64,000 nucleotides of DNA from Octopus vulgaris (GCA_951406725.2 OX597816.1:28334001-28398000), one strand, 5' to 3'. Positions 27,293 to 40,887 are shown, counted from the stretch's first letter. The notes: generated from the letters alone by a model not told the origin. Translations and numbers: made by a program.

Positions 27293-28073
27293 ATATGACA
27301 CCTATATATATATAATATACACCTATATATATATATATATAGGGTCATAATAATATGACCCTATACTATTATTATTACCTAAGTTCACAAATTGAATACT
27401 GTAGGATCTGCAAAATGCCGATCTGACTACTCTGATGAATGTTAAAAAAACTCCACCGATTAATTACTTTGTTGCTGGTTAGCTTCGAACTCATGTCCTT
27501 GAAGTACGAAAACAAATAGCATTCATTCCCCACCTCCACTCTTTTGCTTGATGTATCTCCATTAAAACACTGATAAACTCTATTATTTCATTTTTATATT
27601 ATATTTTGATAAATTTGTGTAGGATGAAAAAGTATTGCTTTAAGTGTTTTCTACAACGCAAATAACAAAAGTTGTTTGTATTTTATTTAAAGACTCGAAA
27701 TTATTCAGATGAAAACTATCTGAAAAATGAGAAATTTTTCAATTACTAGTGAAGCAGTATGAAATGTTACATTCAACAGTTTTTTTGTTTAAATCTTGTT
27801 TTTGATTTCTTCAGCTGCCAGGCCAAGAGAATGAATGTTTAACTTATGGAGTTCTCACAATTGGCATGAATACAAGTCAGAAGTAATCCTAAAACTATGA
27901 GCCTTTCCCACATTTCAGGCTTTATGCCTATCTCTGAAATCATTATTATTACCACTAAAGTGTTTTGACATACGTTATCCAAAACACAGGTAAACAGAAA
28001 TTTATAAATGATCTTAAGCAGCGTCCTACAACAATACCAACAAAAAGAACAATAATGATAATAATAAAAATAA

Positions 28074-28505
28074 GGATCTTTTCGGTTTGAACGGCAGTTT
28101 TTAACATAATTTCTAGGTAACTAAAAAATTTTAAACTTCGTATACTGGTAGAATGTGTTTATAAAACATCTATTTCTCTTGGCTTTATTGAGAAAATTCT
28201 ATAGTGTGTAAGATATTTGTTGTTTTTTCTTCAATTTCTGCAATTTCAACCAATCAATGACGTATATTGAGTTAAAAAGCATTCTGTGTCGTATGACTAT
28301 GTCCCTCGTTTAAGAAACAGATTGGGTTTATTTACGTTTGTGAAGAAAAAATATATATCCTTCCCCTCACACCTAACCCTAACCCTAACTAACCCTAACC
28401 CTAAAAGAGATTGAAATGCAATATATCGATTCTAGGGTCATAATTATGGGTGACAATTTCATATAACACCGCGAGAAAAAACTGCCATTCAAACCGAAAA
28501 GATCC
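28074..28505. mobile_element. 432-bp MITE, Merlin-like, containing telomere-type (CCCTAA)n
   Basis: TIR GGATCTTTTCGGTTTGAACGGCAGTTTTT / AAAAACTGCCATTCAAACCGAAAAGATCC (29 bp, 1 mismatch). 8-bp TSD AAAAATAA at 28066-28073 and 28506-28513. 5'-GG termini with an 8-bp TSD are Merlin hallmarks. Confidence 0.88.
28372..28404 (-). repeat. Interstitial (TTAGGG)n-like tract inside the MITE
   Basis: cctaaccctaaccctaactaaccctaaccctaa. Confidence 0.9.
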
Positions 28506-28706
28506 AAAAATAATCCTTTCTACTATAGACACAAGACCTGAATCTTGTGGGGAAAGGACTAGTCAATTACATCCATCTCCGCGTTTCATTAGTACTTAAT
28601 TTATGGACCCCTAAACCATAAAAGGCAAAATCGACTACGGCGAAGACGGACGAAGTACCCCTAAGAATTTCGTCCAGGCTAACAATTCTGTCTGCTCGCC
28701 TCCTTA
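28506..28706 (-). mobile_element. SINE family B variant, old; its ATT-rich tail is split by the MITE
   Basis: gtacttaatttatggacccc...aaaggcaaaatcgac...gacgaagtacc.ctaag.atttcg...gctaac...ctgctcgcctcc; (AAT)-rich sequence resumes left of the MITE. Confidence 0.75.
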
Positions 28707-31214
28707 CATTTTATACGTTTTTATATTTAAGCTTTTCAGGATTCATAAAAACCAATGTCAAACCAATTTTTTTTTGGACCTTTGAACGGAATTCGTTAAA
28801 ATTTTCTTTCAAACTTAAGAATTCTGTAAAAAAAAATATAGTGACACAAATGGAGTGTTTGCCTGGTTGTTGCAACGCTAACTAAAAATCCATTTATTAC
28901 AGATTTCTTTCACTCCTTGCATTGTGAACTCGAAGACAACGGTTGTGGCATCACCGCATTCGTTACCTCCTCCTCTGCAATAAATAACTATGTCAGCAAC
29001 AATAACAACAATATCGACAATGTCGACTTCTAAAAAAGTAAAAGAACAGCAACAAAGCATTGATAAGCAAGATACCGAAACAAAGATGATTAATTGGAAA
29101 AACCTACAATTACAATGCCTATATTCTCACCAACATCAACATTAAGACTATTACTAGTAATAACGCCATATGACTTGTAATAACGCCAATAGCGTAGTTA
29201 CCTCTTCTTGAACAAAAATATAGGCAGTAGTCCTTAGTTTTCTCGTTTAATTCACCAAGGCCTTACTAAGAATTCGATGTGTTAAATTACACTGCCTTGG
29301 TGTCATCTTGGAAGCAAGGATGACAACTCAAGGACCTGTAGTATTTAGACGTAGGCTAAGTGGTGATCGGCGTGACCAAGGTTTCCGATACACATGTATT
29401 CGCGCCCATCAACGGCAGCTATGCGATGCGTCCTTCTCAAGTAGCGTAGGGGTGGGAAGGTGGAGAATTATTTCTGAAAGGTCTACGGTCTACCATATTC
29501 GCAGATGAAGATATATGGCTTGGCAGTTATTTGACTTTAAGGTCTGAATTCCAACAATACGGTTTCTTTGTTTTATACTGTAGTTATATGTATTAGCACA
29601 AAAATTCAATATGTCTCGAGTCGAAGACAAATACACGCGAAATCTAACAAACATCTACGTGTACGATAGTCTCTGATCACTTGATCTACAACAACTCTTC
29701 GTCAAACTAAATTGCCTTCAAGTTACACATCGACCTAAATAGAACCAGATTTATAATGTAGTCCGGAGAATATTTCTCATGAAAAGGGTGGAACGCTAAT
29801 AATTGAAACATTTTGGTTTGAAGGAATGCTGCTCCGCTGCGTTTAAACGTCAACGACTTGATAACCCGAGCAATCAGCTAATGAAAATGGGTTCAATACA
29901 TTCCAAAGATTGAAAAACATTATTCGCCTGGAATGGTTTCATTATTAAGCCACTACGGACAACACTGAAGATCAAGTCATTCTACTAAGTGCACACATAC
30001 ACGCGCACACACACACACACACACACACAGAAACACACACATGCGTACATGCACACACACACGCACTCGTGCGCACACACACACCCAAAACAAGCACATA
30101 TACACATATGTACACACGTACGTCAGTGGATGTGTAGATATATTGTCTTTATATCCATTAAATTTAGCAGGATTTCTGTGTTTTTGTTTTCAGCAGGAAT
30201 ATATTTGCAATTGAAAAAGAAAACTGAAGGAGATGCATATATCTGTTCATAACACTGGACTAATCGCAGTGGCAATCTGATCTGTCATACGTTGCAACAT
30301 TGGAAAAGAGTATCTTGATGAATTAGAAACAGCTACTTCAATTTACCTCTTTATGTTATTGGTGTGTACAATTAGAAGAGTGTTATAAAGTAAATATTTC
30401 TACGTACTATACTTAGCCAACGAAACTAATTTGATTTTAGGTTCAACTCACTTATGTCTGCGCGAAAGACATAATCAACACATTTCGCAATTAAATTTCC
30501 GCATACTGACCAAGATGATCACACTTCGTTTGGGAGATATAGTTAATCATGTAACTCAAGCAATTCTCCGTCACTATTCTAATAATTGACAGGATAATTG
30601 AATTATATGTATTGGTCTATAGCCAACAATTAAAAGGGCATCTATTGATTGTCTTTAAACCAGTATATTTCTGGTACATGTCCTATCGAATCCGATGTAG
30701 AAGTGTAAATAAAACTCAGAGGAGAAATGAAATAATATATATTATTTTCTTATAATTACGAACGTTGTATGGGCTTTATTTTACGTCAGTAGAGTAATAT
30801 ATATATTTATATAATTTTCAGACAAATGTAGTTTAGGTAACAATCTGAGATTTTGCCTATAACATATTTATCATATTCGCTGTATAAGTAAAGGAAGGTG
30901 AAGCCAGAAGATACGAATGCAATTATATCGCTGAGAAACGTTGGAATACATACAATTGCATACTCTTCATGTTTTAGGCTTTCAAAACATGAAAGGGAAA
31001 AATCTATTATCTACTGTTATGAGAGTAAGCCACTTCTAGGTTGTGGAATAAATTCATTTGCCTCGCAAATATGTACTTTCCAGCTAGATTGTAATGTATG
31101 TCACCTGGGCAGCGGAATTAGATAAACGGAAATTGAGTATCGCTGTTGGATAGAGTATTCCTTTGGTGGAAGGGAAAATTAATATGAGGCACAACCTATC
31201 AATCTTTTATAATT

Positions 31215-31583
31215 TATTTGTTTCAATCATGAGAATGAAGTTAGTTGAACAAACTAACCCCAGAATTTCTTGAAATCTGGTGCTTATCATATCGGTCACA
31301 TTTTGCTAAGTTGCATTGCCGAGAGGATGTAAAGAAACCGAGACTCGTTGTCAAGTGTTGATGGACGGCAAACACAAGAACAGAGACACACAAACATAAA
31401 TATATGAATGTATATATATATATACACATGTATAGTTTGACAGAAAGTTTCCGTTTCCCAAATCCACACGCAACTCTTTACTCGGTTTTAGCTGAAAAAA
31501 ATGTACCCAAGATGTGACGTAGTGGAACTGATCCGAGAGACATGTGGTGTAAGACAAACTTCTTAGCACACACCCACGCTTGC
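31215..31583 (-). mobile_element. SINE family A, near full length, diverged
   Basis: Colinear with 53706-54128, including gtttccgtttcccaaatccacacgcaa and the head remnant. Confidence 0.75.
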
Positions 31584-31737
31584 AACTTATTCATTTATTA
31601 TATATATATACTTTTAAGGCTGAGAATCAAGACCGAAGATGTGTAGCTGCAGGGAGTATTTAAATGGATTTACCCCATAATGATTAGTTTAAATTTTTAG
31701 AAGAAATAAAAGTGGAAGAGTGAGAATGAGTTTATCA

Positions 31738-32152
31738 TCTTCTCTATATATAAACGGCAGTTTGTCTGTCTGTGTGTCTGTGTGTCTGTCAGGTTGTACC
31801 CTCACCCTGACCACGGCATTCAACCGATTCTGATGAAACTTGACACACACATAGCCCAATGTCATAATTCAAAACTAACGCAGCGAAAATTTTAAACAGT
31901 TCCCCCAGTTCTGAAAGAAATCGATAAATTCGACATGGGGTCGAGAATCTAAACTTTTTATATGCAACACATTTTCTGTTGTAGTTTTTGCAATCGGGAG
32001 ACAGCTAGGAACATCGTATACACAGAAGTATTCGAGTGAAGAGAAGACATTGCAACCTACACATGCGCCTTCGTTCCCTAGAGGGGAAGAACTAGATTGG
32101 GATTAGTTGTTGCCTACTAGGGGCTCTTACATACGCCGGGCTATGCTGCTAG
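31738..32152 (+). mobile_element. Non-autonomous Helitron family H3
   Basis: A|TCTTCTCTATATATAAACGGCAGTTTGTCTGTC start, caaccgattctgatgaaactt motif, end ACGCCGGGCTATGCTGCTAG|T. AT insertion site with no TSD. Confidence 0.82.
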
Positions 32153-32661
32153 TCAACAATAAATAGCAGTAATTACACTTTAATAATTTCACGATAGAGA
32201 ACGCAGTGGATGATTTAGTCTTAGATAAATAAGGGACTTAGTGGGAGGAATTTGCTTAGGTCAACATCCGAGTGTTCGAGCCCAAGGCGCATCTTAGGTA
32301 GAGGCATACGGTTGTGGTTAACAGTTTAGAGAGGAGTGAGAACCGGCAAGTTTACCTGATATAATCAAGTTGTTGACGACCAGAACGGAACTCATATCAG
32401 ATTGGTCGTCTCCCAGGTTACAAACTCTCAGAGGACTGTACAAGACCGCACGACCAAGGGACAGGAAAAATAGGCACGTACTCATAAGGAATGGTTTAGG
32501 GCTTGGTAGGAGTAACGTCAATAAACGTAAATACATGAGATAAAGGTAAACTGAGGAATATATTTTATCTTGATTTTCCTCCAGTGATGACCTCGATTGA
32601 TTGTCTGTCACCTTTGGTATTGGGCTATTTTACAGTCAGTTTGTATCCTGAAAATAATACT

Positions 32662-32872
32662 ATCTTTTACCTTTTATTTTTCATTTGTATCAGTTCTTTG
32701 ACTGCAGCCATCTTATTCCGCCTTGGATGGTTTTATTCGAACGAATCAACTCCCGTACTTATTTTTTAAAGACTGTTACTTATTCGGTCGCGCCCCTTTT
32801 ACCACAGCGCTAAGTTACGGGAACGTGAAACAAACCCATACTGAGTGTCTCGCGGTGGTAGGAACAAATATT
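32662..32872 (-). mobile_element. SINE family A 3' half, diverged
   Basis: tcttttaccttttatttt tail, ttgactgcagccat, gctaagttacgggaacgt. Confidence 0.7.
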
Positions 32873-32942
32873 AGCCGAAAATCTTACACATACCTTCATT
32901 TACGTATGAGCACACACATATGTATGTATATGCGCATGTATG

Positions 32943-32996
<54 letters not shown>

Positions 32997-33909
32997 CGTG
33001 TGTGTGTGTGTATGTATGCATGTATGTATGTGTGTATGATTAGGGCAAGCATCTTGGGTTAACGTCCTCGCATCCCAACTGATGTACTCTGCAGGAAAAA
33101 AAAACCCTAAGAAACATAGTATAAAACTGGTAAATACTGCTAAGTTCGCCAGTCCTATTTTATTCGACCGAACTTGGAAACCATGAGCATAGGTATTTTA
33201 GTTTAAATATGATGGTTACTTCTCCACACTACACCACAAAATTCTTACCCTCAAGCTAATATAGGGTGATACAGTGTTACATTATTGCTAAGTGAAATAA
33301 ATTTTACGAATCGCCATTTATTCATCTTCAAACATTATGAGAAGTAAAAAGGTCATAATATCACAATTTTTAGACATTGTTCTCTGCAATTTGTTATAAT
33401 GGATATTATTTAGCACTGTATCTTATTTGAAATGTTAATTATACCATTAGTCGCAGGTATATCATCATTTCAGTCGTTTAAGTTGTTAGCCTCAAGGATA
33501 TTATCAATCAAAGTACATTAACTGACAAACAGTCGAATGCATCGTTTCTCACTTATAAGATTTCATATTGACCTGCGGTGTTCTTTTTCTCTTTCTAAAT
33601 AATATGATGTATGAAATGTGTTGGCTGTATCTACCGCTGTGTATTTGATGAACTCACAACGCATTCTCAATTAGCCTCACAGGCATAAATTTGTCGAAAG
33701 AAATATATTGTTGGAATTGTGTAACGTAAATATAGTAAATTCAATGTTAGCCACACAGCCTCACCATGTAAATGCCCCCATATATATATTAGTGTTTAGA
33801 TGTTTGTGCGTGTTTGCAAGCGTGTGTGCGTATGTTTTGCGTGTGTGTGTATGTGTGTGTGTGTTTATGTCTAGGTCTGTAGAGAATGCAAAACGTACTG
33901 GGGTGACAA

Positions 33910-34105
33910 TTTAGAAACAATTTAAATAAACGGATAAAAAACCAAAAAAGAAGAAATACAAAAAAAGTGAGGACGTGCACAAGAAAATATTAGCTTGGCG
34001 CTCGGTGACAGCAGAGAGTTTAGCGTTTCGAGCATAGCTCTTTGACGGAAAGGAGGGAAGGAAAGTCCAAAGAAGGACGATAAAATCGCCAATGTCCACG
34101 TGTAG
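33910..34105 (-). mobile_element. Short Penelope-LTR-like repeat (family P2) with decayed minimal hammerhead at 34018-34051
   Basis: Minus strand TTT-CCGTCAA-A-GAGC-TAT-GCTC-GAAA-CG-CT-AAAC. Homologous to 40920-41110 (gaggacgtg..caa..at.ttag/ttgg.cgctc). Confidence 0.65.
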
Positions 34106-36983
34106 TTACATTTCTGAAGTGTGTGTGCGTGAGTGTGTGTTTGTTTGTGTGTGTGCATGTAATTGAGTGTGTGTGTGTGTTTTTGTGTGTTTGTGTCTAA
34201 ACGTATATAATTATTTCTTATCGAGTTACTACATATGTACTAGTGAACCAATGTTGTACCTAATGACATGATGCAGAATTATGTTTTCTCAGCAAATAAC
34301 CCAGTAAATTATATTAAGCAGCAACGTGATCAGTTGATTTGGCACTGTCCCTTTATGGTTTTATTTGTTCTGGAGTCGACGATTCTTTAGGTAGCCGGTA
34401 CTCCTGTCTTGAAATCTACTATACCTGCCTTTCACCTGTAAAGGGCCATATTTCTATATGACCTCAACGCTCATTTTCACCAATCTCCATTTTATAACGA
34501 AGTTTTTGGCATATATGTATAAGAAAATTTACGTGAAAAATAGACCGGAAACAACATGCTAAAATACAGTTATCCCAATACAAATGTTTTATACACACGC
34601 ATCAGTATACCTTTGAATAGCTTTTATATTCTACGTCCAAACAAAACTATGTATGACTCTAAGACTCTAAGGTACATATTTCACATGTTCTCGACTTGTC
34701 TTTCATAGATATCTACGCATTTTAGGTGTTATTTCGGCGGAGTCTGAATAGAATCGGGAATTTGGGGTCGACCATGTCAGAAAATCCAATTGGCACAATA
34801 AAGGATCACTGAATTCATTCGATATGAATTCGATCGTCAACGTTATTGCAAAATTCCGTAACCAGTTCTGATTATTGCTCATTTCCTATTGGCATTTATT
34901 TGGCTGGATCAATTATAACAAGGAAACTAGTTTCTTCGTATTTCTCCCACATACCTCTTTATAGTTGCATTCATAATACGGCTCATACAATAATTAAGTA
35001 TAAGTTTTTCTGCGTATCTTTTTATTGGACCAGTGTCACTTAAAATCTGAAGTTATAATTTCGTGTTGAATCATGCATAAATCACCACTTTTCCCAGATG
35101 AATTGCATTTCGTGTGCTTAGGTGAAAAAACATGTTTTTGGAATGACATATCTTTTGTGAGCAATATAATATTTCAAACTGTTTTCAGCGGTTACATACT
35201 TTTAAATCTTGTTTGAATTATGACCGACTCTGTCATTGGGTTCTTTAATATTGTTGGACGATGTCATTTCATCGGTTTCTGGCGTATCATTGAAGAATTA
35301 CTTGGTTTCTGTAGGACATAATAAATTTCACTCTTCAAACTAATAAAACTATAGAACAAGAAACTGCCACCGAATTGCAGATTCTCATCCCGTAGAGAAA
35401 TAAAAAGCACGATGATTAAATTTTTTTTTGCGATTTAAACCTGACAATTCGATCACATAGCAATCGATGGATTTTATATGAAATATTATTTTTTGATTTG
35501 CAATATTGTCCCAGTTGAGTTTCGTTTTTGCGATGGGACCCATGGTTTTCAGAACATAATTAATAACTTCTTAGATATTTTTAAATACCAGGCGTAAGTA
35601 AAAACAAAATTGCGTTATAAAAACTTGCTTTGAAAGTGCTTTATAAACTTTATGCTATTTGATTTAATAAATAAAATTGTTTTTGGAAATGAGTCAGAGA
35701 GTGTTATTTGAATTTAGATTTCTATATTTGAAATTTTTTGTCTATAAGTAAGTTCTTTAGCAATGAATTTTACAGTAGTATTGTTATTATGTATCAACTT
35801 GAATCCATTATTTACGACAAACCATATCGTCTTAATTTTGTCGGATTTCATTGAATAATATTAAATAAAACTGGTAAAAACTAGCATTGTCGATATTCGT
35901 GGAAATGGCAGACACACAGATAGCTCTTATTACTGCATCAAATGAAAGAACAATCGCAAATTTACAAAAAAAAAGAGAAGAAAAAAACAAAATAAAAAAG
36001 GAAATACAGAATATGTAGGAAAGGAACAATAACAACAAAAAATAATGAAATATATATTATATTTATTTCAGGAAACCAATGTTTGTTTACAGCCTCGTTG
36101 AAGTCGCTAGTGCTTCTATAGTTCGGCAATTCTACCACATTGGTAGAAATTTATCATAAATATCGTAATGCGTATCTTAGCGTAGAACGGTATGGACAAC
36201 GATAAATAAAATTCGTATTTACACGTTTGAGTTAGACAAGAAACTGACGGCATATCTTACCAATTTAGGTCCCGAACAACGAGGCAAATTCCCGGATAAT
36301 GACAATTAATGTAAAAATTGACGAATATTTCATGAAAAGCAAAATATTAATAAATTTTAATATAAATTTCACCATTCACAAGAACAATTTGTAATATAAA
36401 TTGAACCGTTTCAAACGTTTTCGACCACAGAATCTGCTTAATTAATATAACTAATAACTAAATCAGGTGTGAAAAAACCATATCCTCAATAAAGACTTAT
36501 AGAATGGGATATTTTTAGTGATAATGTGCAGATCAATGTGTTTGGTGACTTGACTTCACTTCATAAATAGGAAGAGCATAGGTAAGTTAGTTTTGATGAA
36601 TAAAGTCGTGGCAAAGGAAGCGAAATATATTTGTACAAGTGTTTGCTTCATCGATTTGCAATTCTCACCAATTTTAGTAAGTATCGATGCATATTCGAGT
36701 TCATTTTATCACTTTGAACTTCGATATATTGCTGAACATACGCCTATAAAATTCTTAATTAAGAGTAATTAGATATAATTAATGAATGAAAAATAAACAC
36801 TCATAAAGTCTTATAAAGCTTCAATGCCAACGACATTCCTTTGAAGGGAAGCATGCAAAAGTATAAGTAACTACATACATAGGTTAATACGCACATACAT
36901 ACATATGTATATACGTACATACGTACATACGTACATACATACGTACGTACTTACGTGAATGTATACTTATATATATGTATAGG

Positions 36984-37036
<53 letters not shown>

Positions 37037-37623
37037 GTGTGTGTAGATAGATATAGATATAGAATAATTGATAGATAGAGAGAGAGACACACACACACAC
37101 ATACAGATATGTACATAGAACCAAATTACATACACACATATACGTATAAATAAATTCTGACATATATATATATATGTATGTATTTATACGTGAGAATTTA
37201 TATTTATATGTATGTATATACATAATTATATATATGTGCGTGCGTGTGCGTTTATAGCTATGTATATATTTAAGTATACGCCACACAAATTGTGCTTCCA
37301 CTATGTACCACAATCTGCAGTCTATTTACACTATAAACTCTCTTTTATTTCTGCTTCGCATCCATTATGTGCATGTTATTTTGTATTTTCTGACACATTC
37401 TTTGTTACATTCGTAGAACATGTTTTTATTATAAGTATTTTTTAATGAAGTTGTTCCGTGCTTTATAATTTGGAACGTTTATAGTCAATTCACTTCACCT
37501 TGTAAGTTCCACCTTTTATGCAGTTGTAGTTGAAACAACATGTCAGTATCATCGTTAGAATGAATCAATTTTTTTACCATATCAGACAATATCATGTTTA
37601 CTCAATATATTTTCCATGTATTA

Positions 37624-37680
<57 letters not shown>

Positions 37681-37746
37681 TATGCGAAGAAAAGAGCAAT
37701 CCAAAATTCTGACTGCCCCCTTTTTCCCTGAATGCAACATCTGTAC

Positions 37747-37786
<40 letters not shown>

Positions 37787-37808
37787 ATACTGCATGTTTA
37801 AATCTCTC

Positions 37809-38290
37809 TTGGGGCTAAATAGCAATAGCCTTCTTACTTTTCCTGGGACTGCCACATTACGTCAGCAACAAACCATCACTTTATCGCGCTGTTTCTGCAT
37901 AACTCTCTCTGAGAGATTTAGAAATGGAATATTTCTAATTTTGTAGATCAGTGAATTTATTTTACTTGAAATTCTATAAGTTTTGAACAGAGATTTAGCA
38001 CCGACAAAGGCAAACTACTTCAGACTGATGAGATGCAAATACCCTGAAACTAGTCTCTGGTTGCTGGCTTTGTTGGGTGGTGGTGTTTATATCCTCTGTT
38101 TGAAAACGTAAGGACACAGAATGTTTGTGTCACGTAGCCAACTAGAAACAGTGTTTGTTGGGGCTATTTAACAGTAGCCTTCTTTTTCCTGAGACTGCCA
38201 CATTAAGTTCGCAACAAACCCTCACTTTATCGTGCTGCTACTTCATAACTCTCTCTCTCTGAGAGATTCAGAAATGCACTTGAAATTCTT
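37809..38290 (+). mobile_element. 349-bp unit plus about 130-bp terminal redundancy, containing a minimal hammerhead (retrozyme or Penelope pLTR-like)
   Basis: 37809-37927 is repeated at 38158-38277 (ttggggcta...agccttct...tttcctg.gactgccacatta...gcaacaaacc.tcactttatcg.gctg...cataactctctctgagagatt.agaaatg). Confidence 0.75.
38020..38060 (+). ncRNA. Minimal type-I hammerhead ribozyme motif (stem II decayed)
   Basis: CAGA-CTGATGA-GATGCAAATACCCT-GAAA-CTAG-TC-TCTG: stem I CAGA/TCTG, canonical core, palindromic stem III ACTAGT, GUC triplet. Confidence 0.7.
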
Positions 38291-38740
38291 TAACTAGCTA
38301 GAAATTCTATTACTGGAATTTGCTGGTCAATATGAAATATACCACTCTTATACACCATCAAGAATACTATTCTGAATAATCAGTTGATATTTCGAAGATG
38401 ACACGAAATTATGAATAAGAAGAAATGACTGAATTGATGACTAGATATCTTCCTATAGCGCTTTGCAGCTTTTATATTTTTTATTCCCGTGGATAGCGTC
38501 CTGAATCACATTCCTACTCCAAACGAAACGGCCAGAATAGACACAATTCCTGACAAACTCCTTACAATATACATTTTTGAAAACCTCTGGTAAAATCGAT
38601 CAAGCATGTTCTTATATTTTAAAACATAATAACATTCTCAATACATTCCACGTACATTTTGAATATCGTTTCTCCTATTCTCCCACTTGTTCACTCACTA
38701 CAGATTATCTACTCGAGAGATAAGGCCGACGATATATATA

Positions 38741-38792
<52 letters not shown>

Positions 38793-38796
38793 CATA

Positions 38797-40054
38797 TAGG
38801 CATGCCGGAAGTAAATAGACACCTTTAATTTTAAACATTTCTGATCTAAGCATCTTAAGATGTTTCAGCGGTGAAGAATTTACAATGTAATTATTCTTTT
38901 TCATTCCAGGTGCCATTATATTAAACATTTGCGAAGAGTAAAGATGACACGCATAGAAACAAATTCACCAGAACTGTCAGATTTTCAAAGAGGTCGTATT
39001 GTTGGGCAATCTGATGCTGGTCTCAGCCAGCGAAAAATTGCCGAAAATCTTCAAATTCCTCTTGCTACTGTTAATAGAATTATAGTGCAATTCAAAAGCC
39101 AAGGAGAAGAATTAACATATTCTCGTCCCGGCCGACCTGGGCCCTCGTAACCGAAGCTTTACTGTTTGAAGATAATTTTGTAAAACGAACCCCATTCGAA
39201 GGCTTCAGGCATTGCAAAACAGCTAGAAGTGTGTTATATATCTGCATAACGTTGGGTATTATGGACGAGCAGCTCGAAGAAAATCTCTCCTTCAACCAAT
39301 TAATGTCATAAAAAGAAAGAAATGAGCTAAGGAGATGTCAGAAAATCCAGTTCATTTTGGGTTAGTGTGATTTTCTCAGGTGAATCCAGATTTACATTAT
39401 TTTCAGACAGTGGACGTGTTTGGGTCTGGAGGCTTCCCAATCAAGAATTTGATTTGAAATGACTCCAACCAACTGTGAAACATGGCGGTGTCTCTGCAAT
39501 GATATGGGGAGCTGTCACCAGCAATGGTCGTTCTGAGCTGATCGAATGTGTTGGAACCATAAACTCTGAAAAATACATCGAAATATTTAAGCAAGGAATA
39601 CTTCCGATGTATTCACAAGATAACATAACGAAAAAATGAGTTTTTAGTCATGGAAGATGGGGCTCCATACCACACAGCGAAAAGGAATCTACAATAGTTG
39701 ACTGAAAATGGGATCAAACAGCTTCCTTGGCCGAGCCAATCTCCTGACATGAACCCAATTGAAAATATTTGGAGTATACTAGATAGAGCTATATGAAAAG
39801 CTCGACAGAAACCTAAATCTAAAGATGAATTGTTTCGATTATTGCATGAAAACTGGGCAGAAATTCCATAAGAGACAATCACAAAGCTCATCAGTTCAAT
39901 TCCAAAAAGAGTTTCTGAATTAAAAACTGCAAAGGGAGTGTCGACTAAATACTAAATTCCTACCTATCGATTACATTTCAATTGTTCACTTCGCGTATTA
40001 AATAAAAGATTTTGAAAATTAAAGGTGTCTATTTATTTCCTGTATGTATCTGTG
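38797..40054 (+). mobile_element. Tc1 (DD34E) DNA transposon, near full length, inactivated
   Basis: TIR core GGAAGTAAATAGACACCTTTAATTTT (38807-38832) vs AAAATTAAAGGTGTCTATTTATTTCC (40015-40040). TA-repeat flanks; outer TIR ends are blurred. Confidence 0.92.
38944..39955 (+). pseudogene. Tc1 transposase pseudogene
   Basis: [15 protein letters not shown]...SRPGRP; VIFSGESRF, PTVKHGG.SAMIWG, EDGAPYHTAK...WPSQSPDMNPIENIW with 34 residues between D and E; several stops and frameshifts. Confidence 0.93.
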
Positions 40055-40707
40055 TATATACACACACACATACGACGAAGAAGCGCGTGCGTACACACAC
40101 ACACGAACACACGCACACCCATGCATATTCGTGCGCGGAAGAATATATTAATTCAGTTTAATAATAGCTGATAGTTTATTTCACCTAGTAACAGAGATCA
40201 GGACTAAAATGTTATTTTGCTTTAAGTCATAATATTTTACATCCAATTTAAGGCAAATACAATATATAAAAGCATTTGTTTCTTTTTACATAGAAACGAA
40301 GATAAACGACTTACAAAATATCAGAGAAACTGTGATGTAATAAATTTTATTCAGATCAATACTGGGAAACGAATATCTATTTTCCAGCTATTCCCATAAA
40401 TTCCTATTATATGTCTTCAAGATTTGCTTATCAATCCTCCCCCAACCCGCTCACAACTTGCTTTGTTACCGATTTATCAATTATAATGGTTTTTACAATA
40501 GTTATGAGAATAAATCATTTACACAGACTTTCTCTTGCTGAACATCAGTATTGTGTTTTACTGAATTACATAATCCACACATACACATACTCAAACACAC
40601 ACACATATACATATGTTTGCATATACACAGAAAGTGACCGACATTAGCTTTGTGATTCAATATGGCCAACGGAAAGTGAAAGAAGCCCATCGTGAATATA
40701 TGTTTGT

Positions 40708-40766
40708 GACCTCGATCTTACGACCGCCAGTCCGCTGCCCTAACCACTGGGCCATTGCGCCTCCAC
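40708..40766 (-). mobile_element. SINE family C head fragment
   Basis: gtccgctgccctaaccactgggccattgcgcctcca is identical to 42006-42041. Confidence 0.85.
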
Positions 40767-40788
40767 TATATATCTATATCTATATCTA

Positions 40789-40887
<99 letters not shown>

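Noticed and set aside
32190-32600. GC-richer block with AATAAA, possible LTR
   Set aside because: No TG..CA termini, TSD or second copy in the window.
35199-35310. Minus-strand segment with good acceptor (ttatgtcctacag) and donor (gtatgt)
   Set aside because: Stops in all three frames; at most a non-coding exon, unsupported without RNA data.
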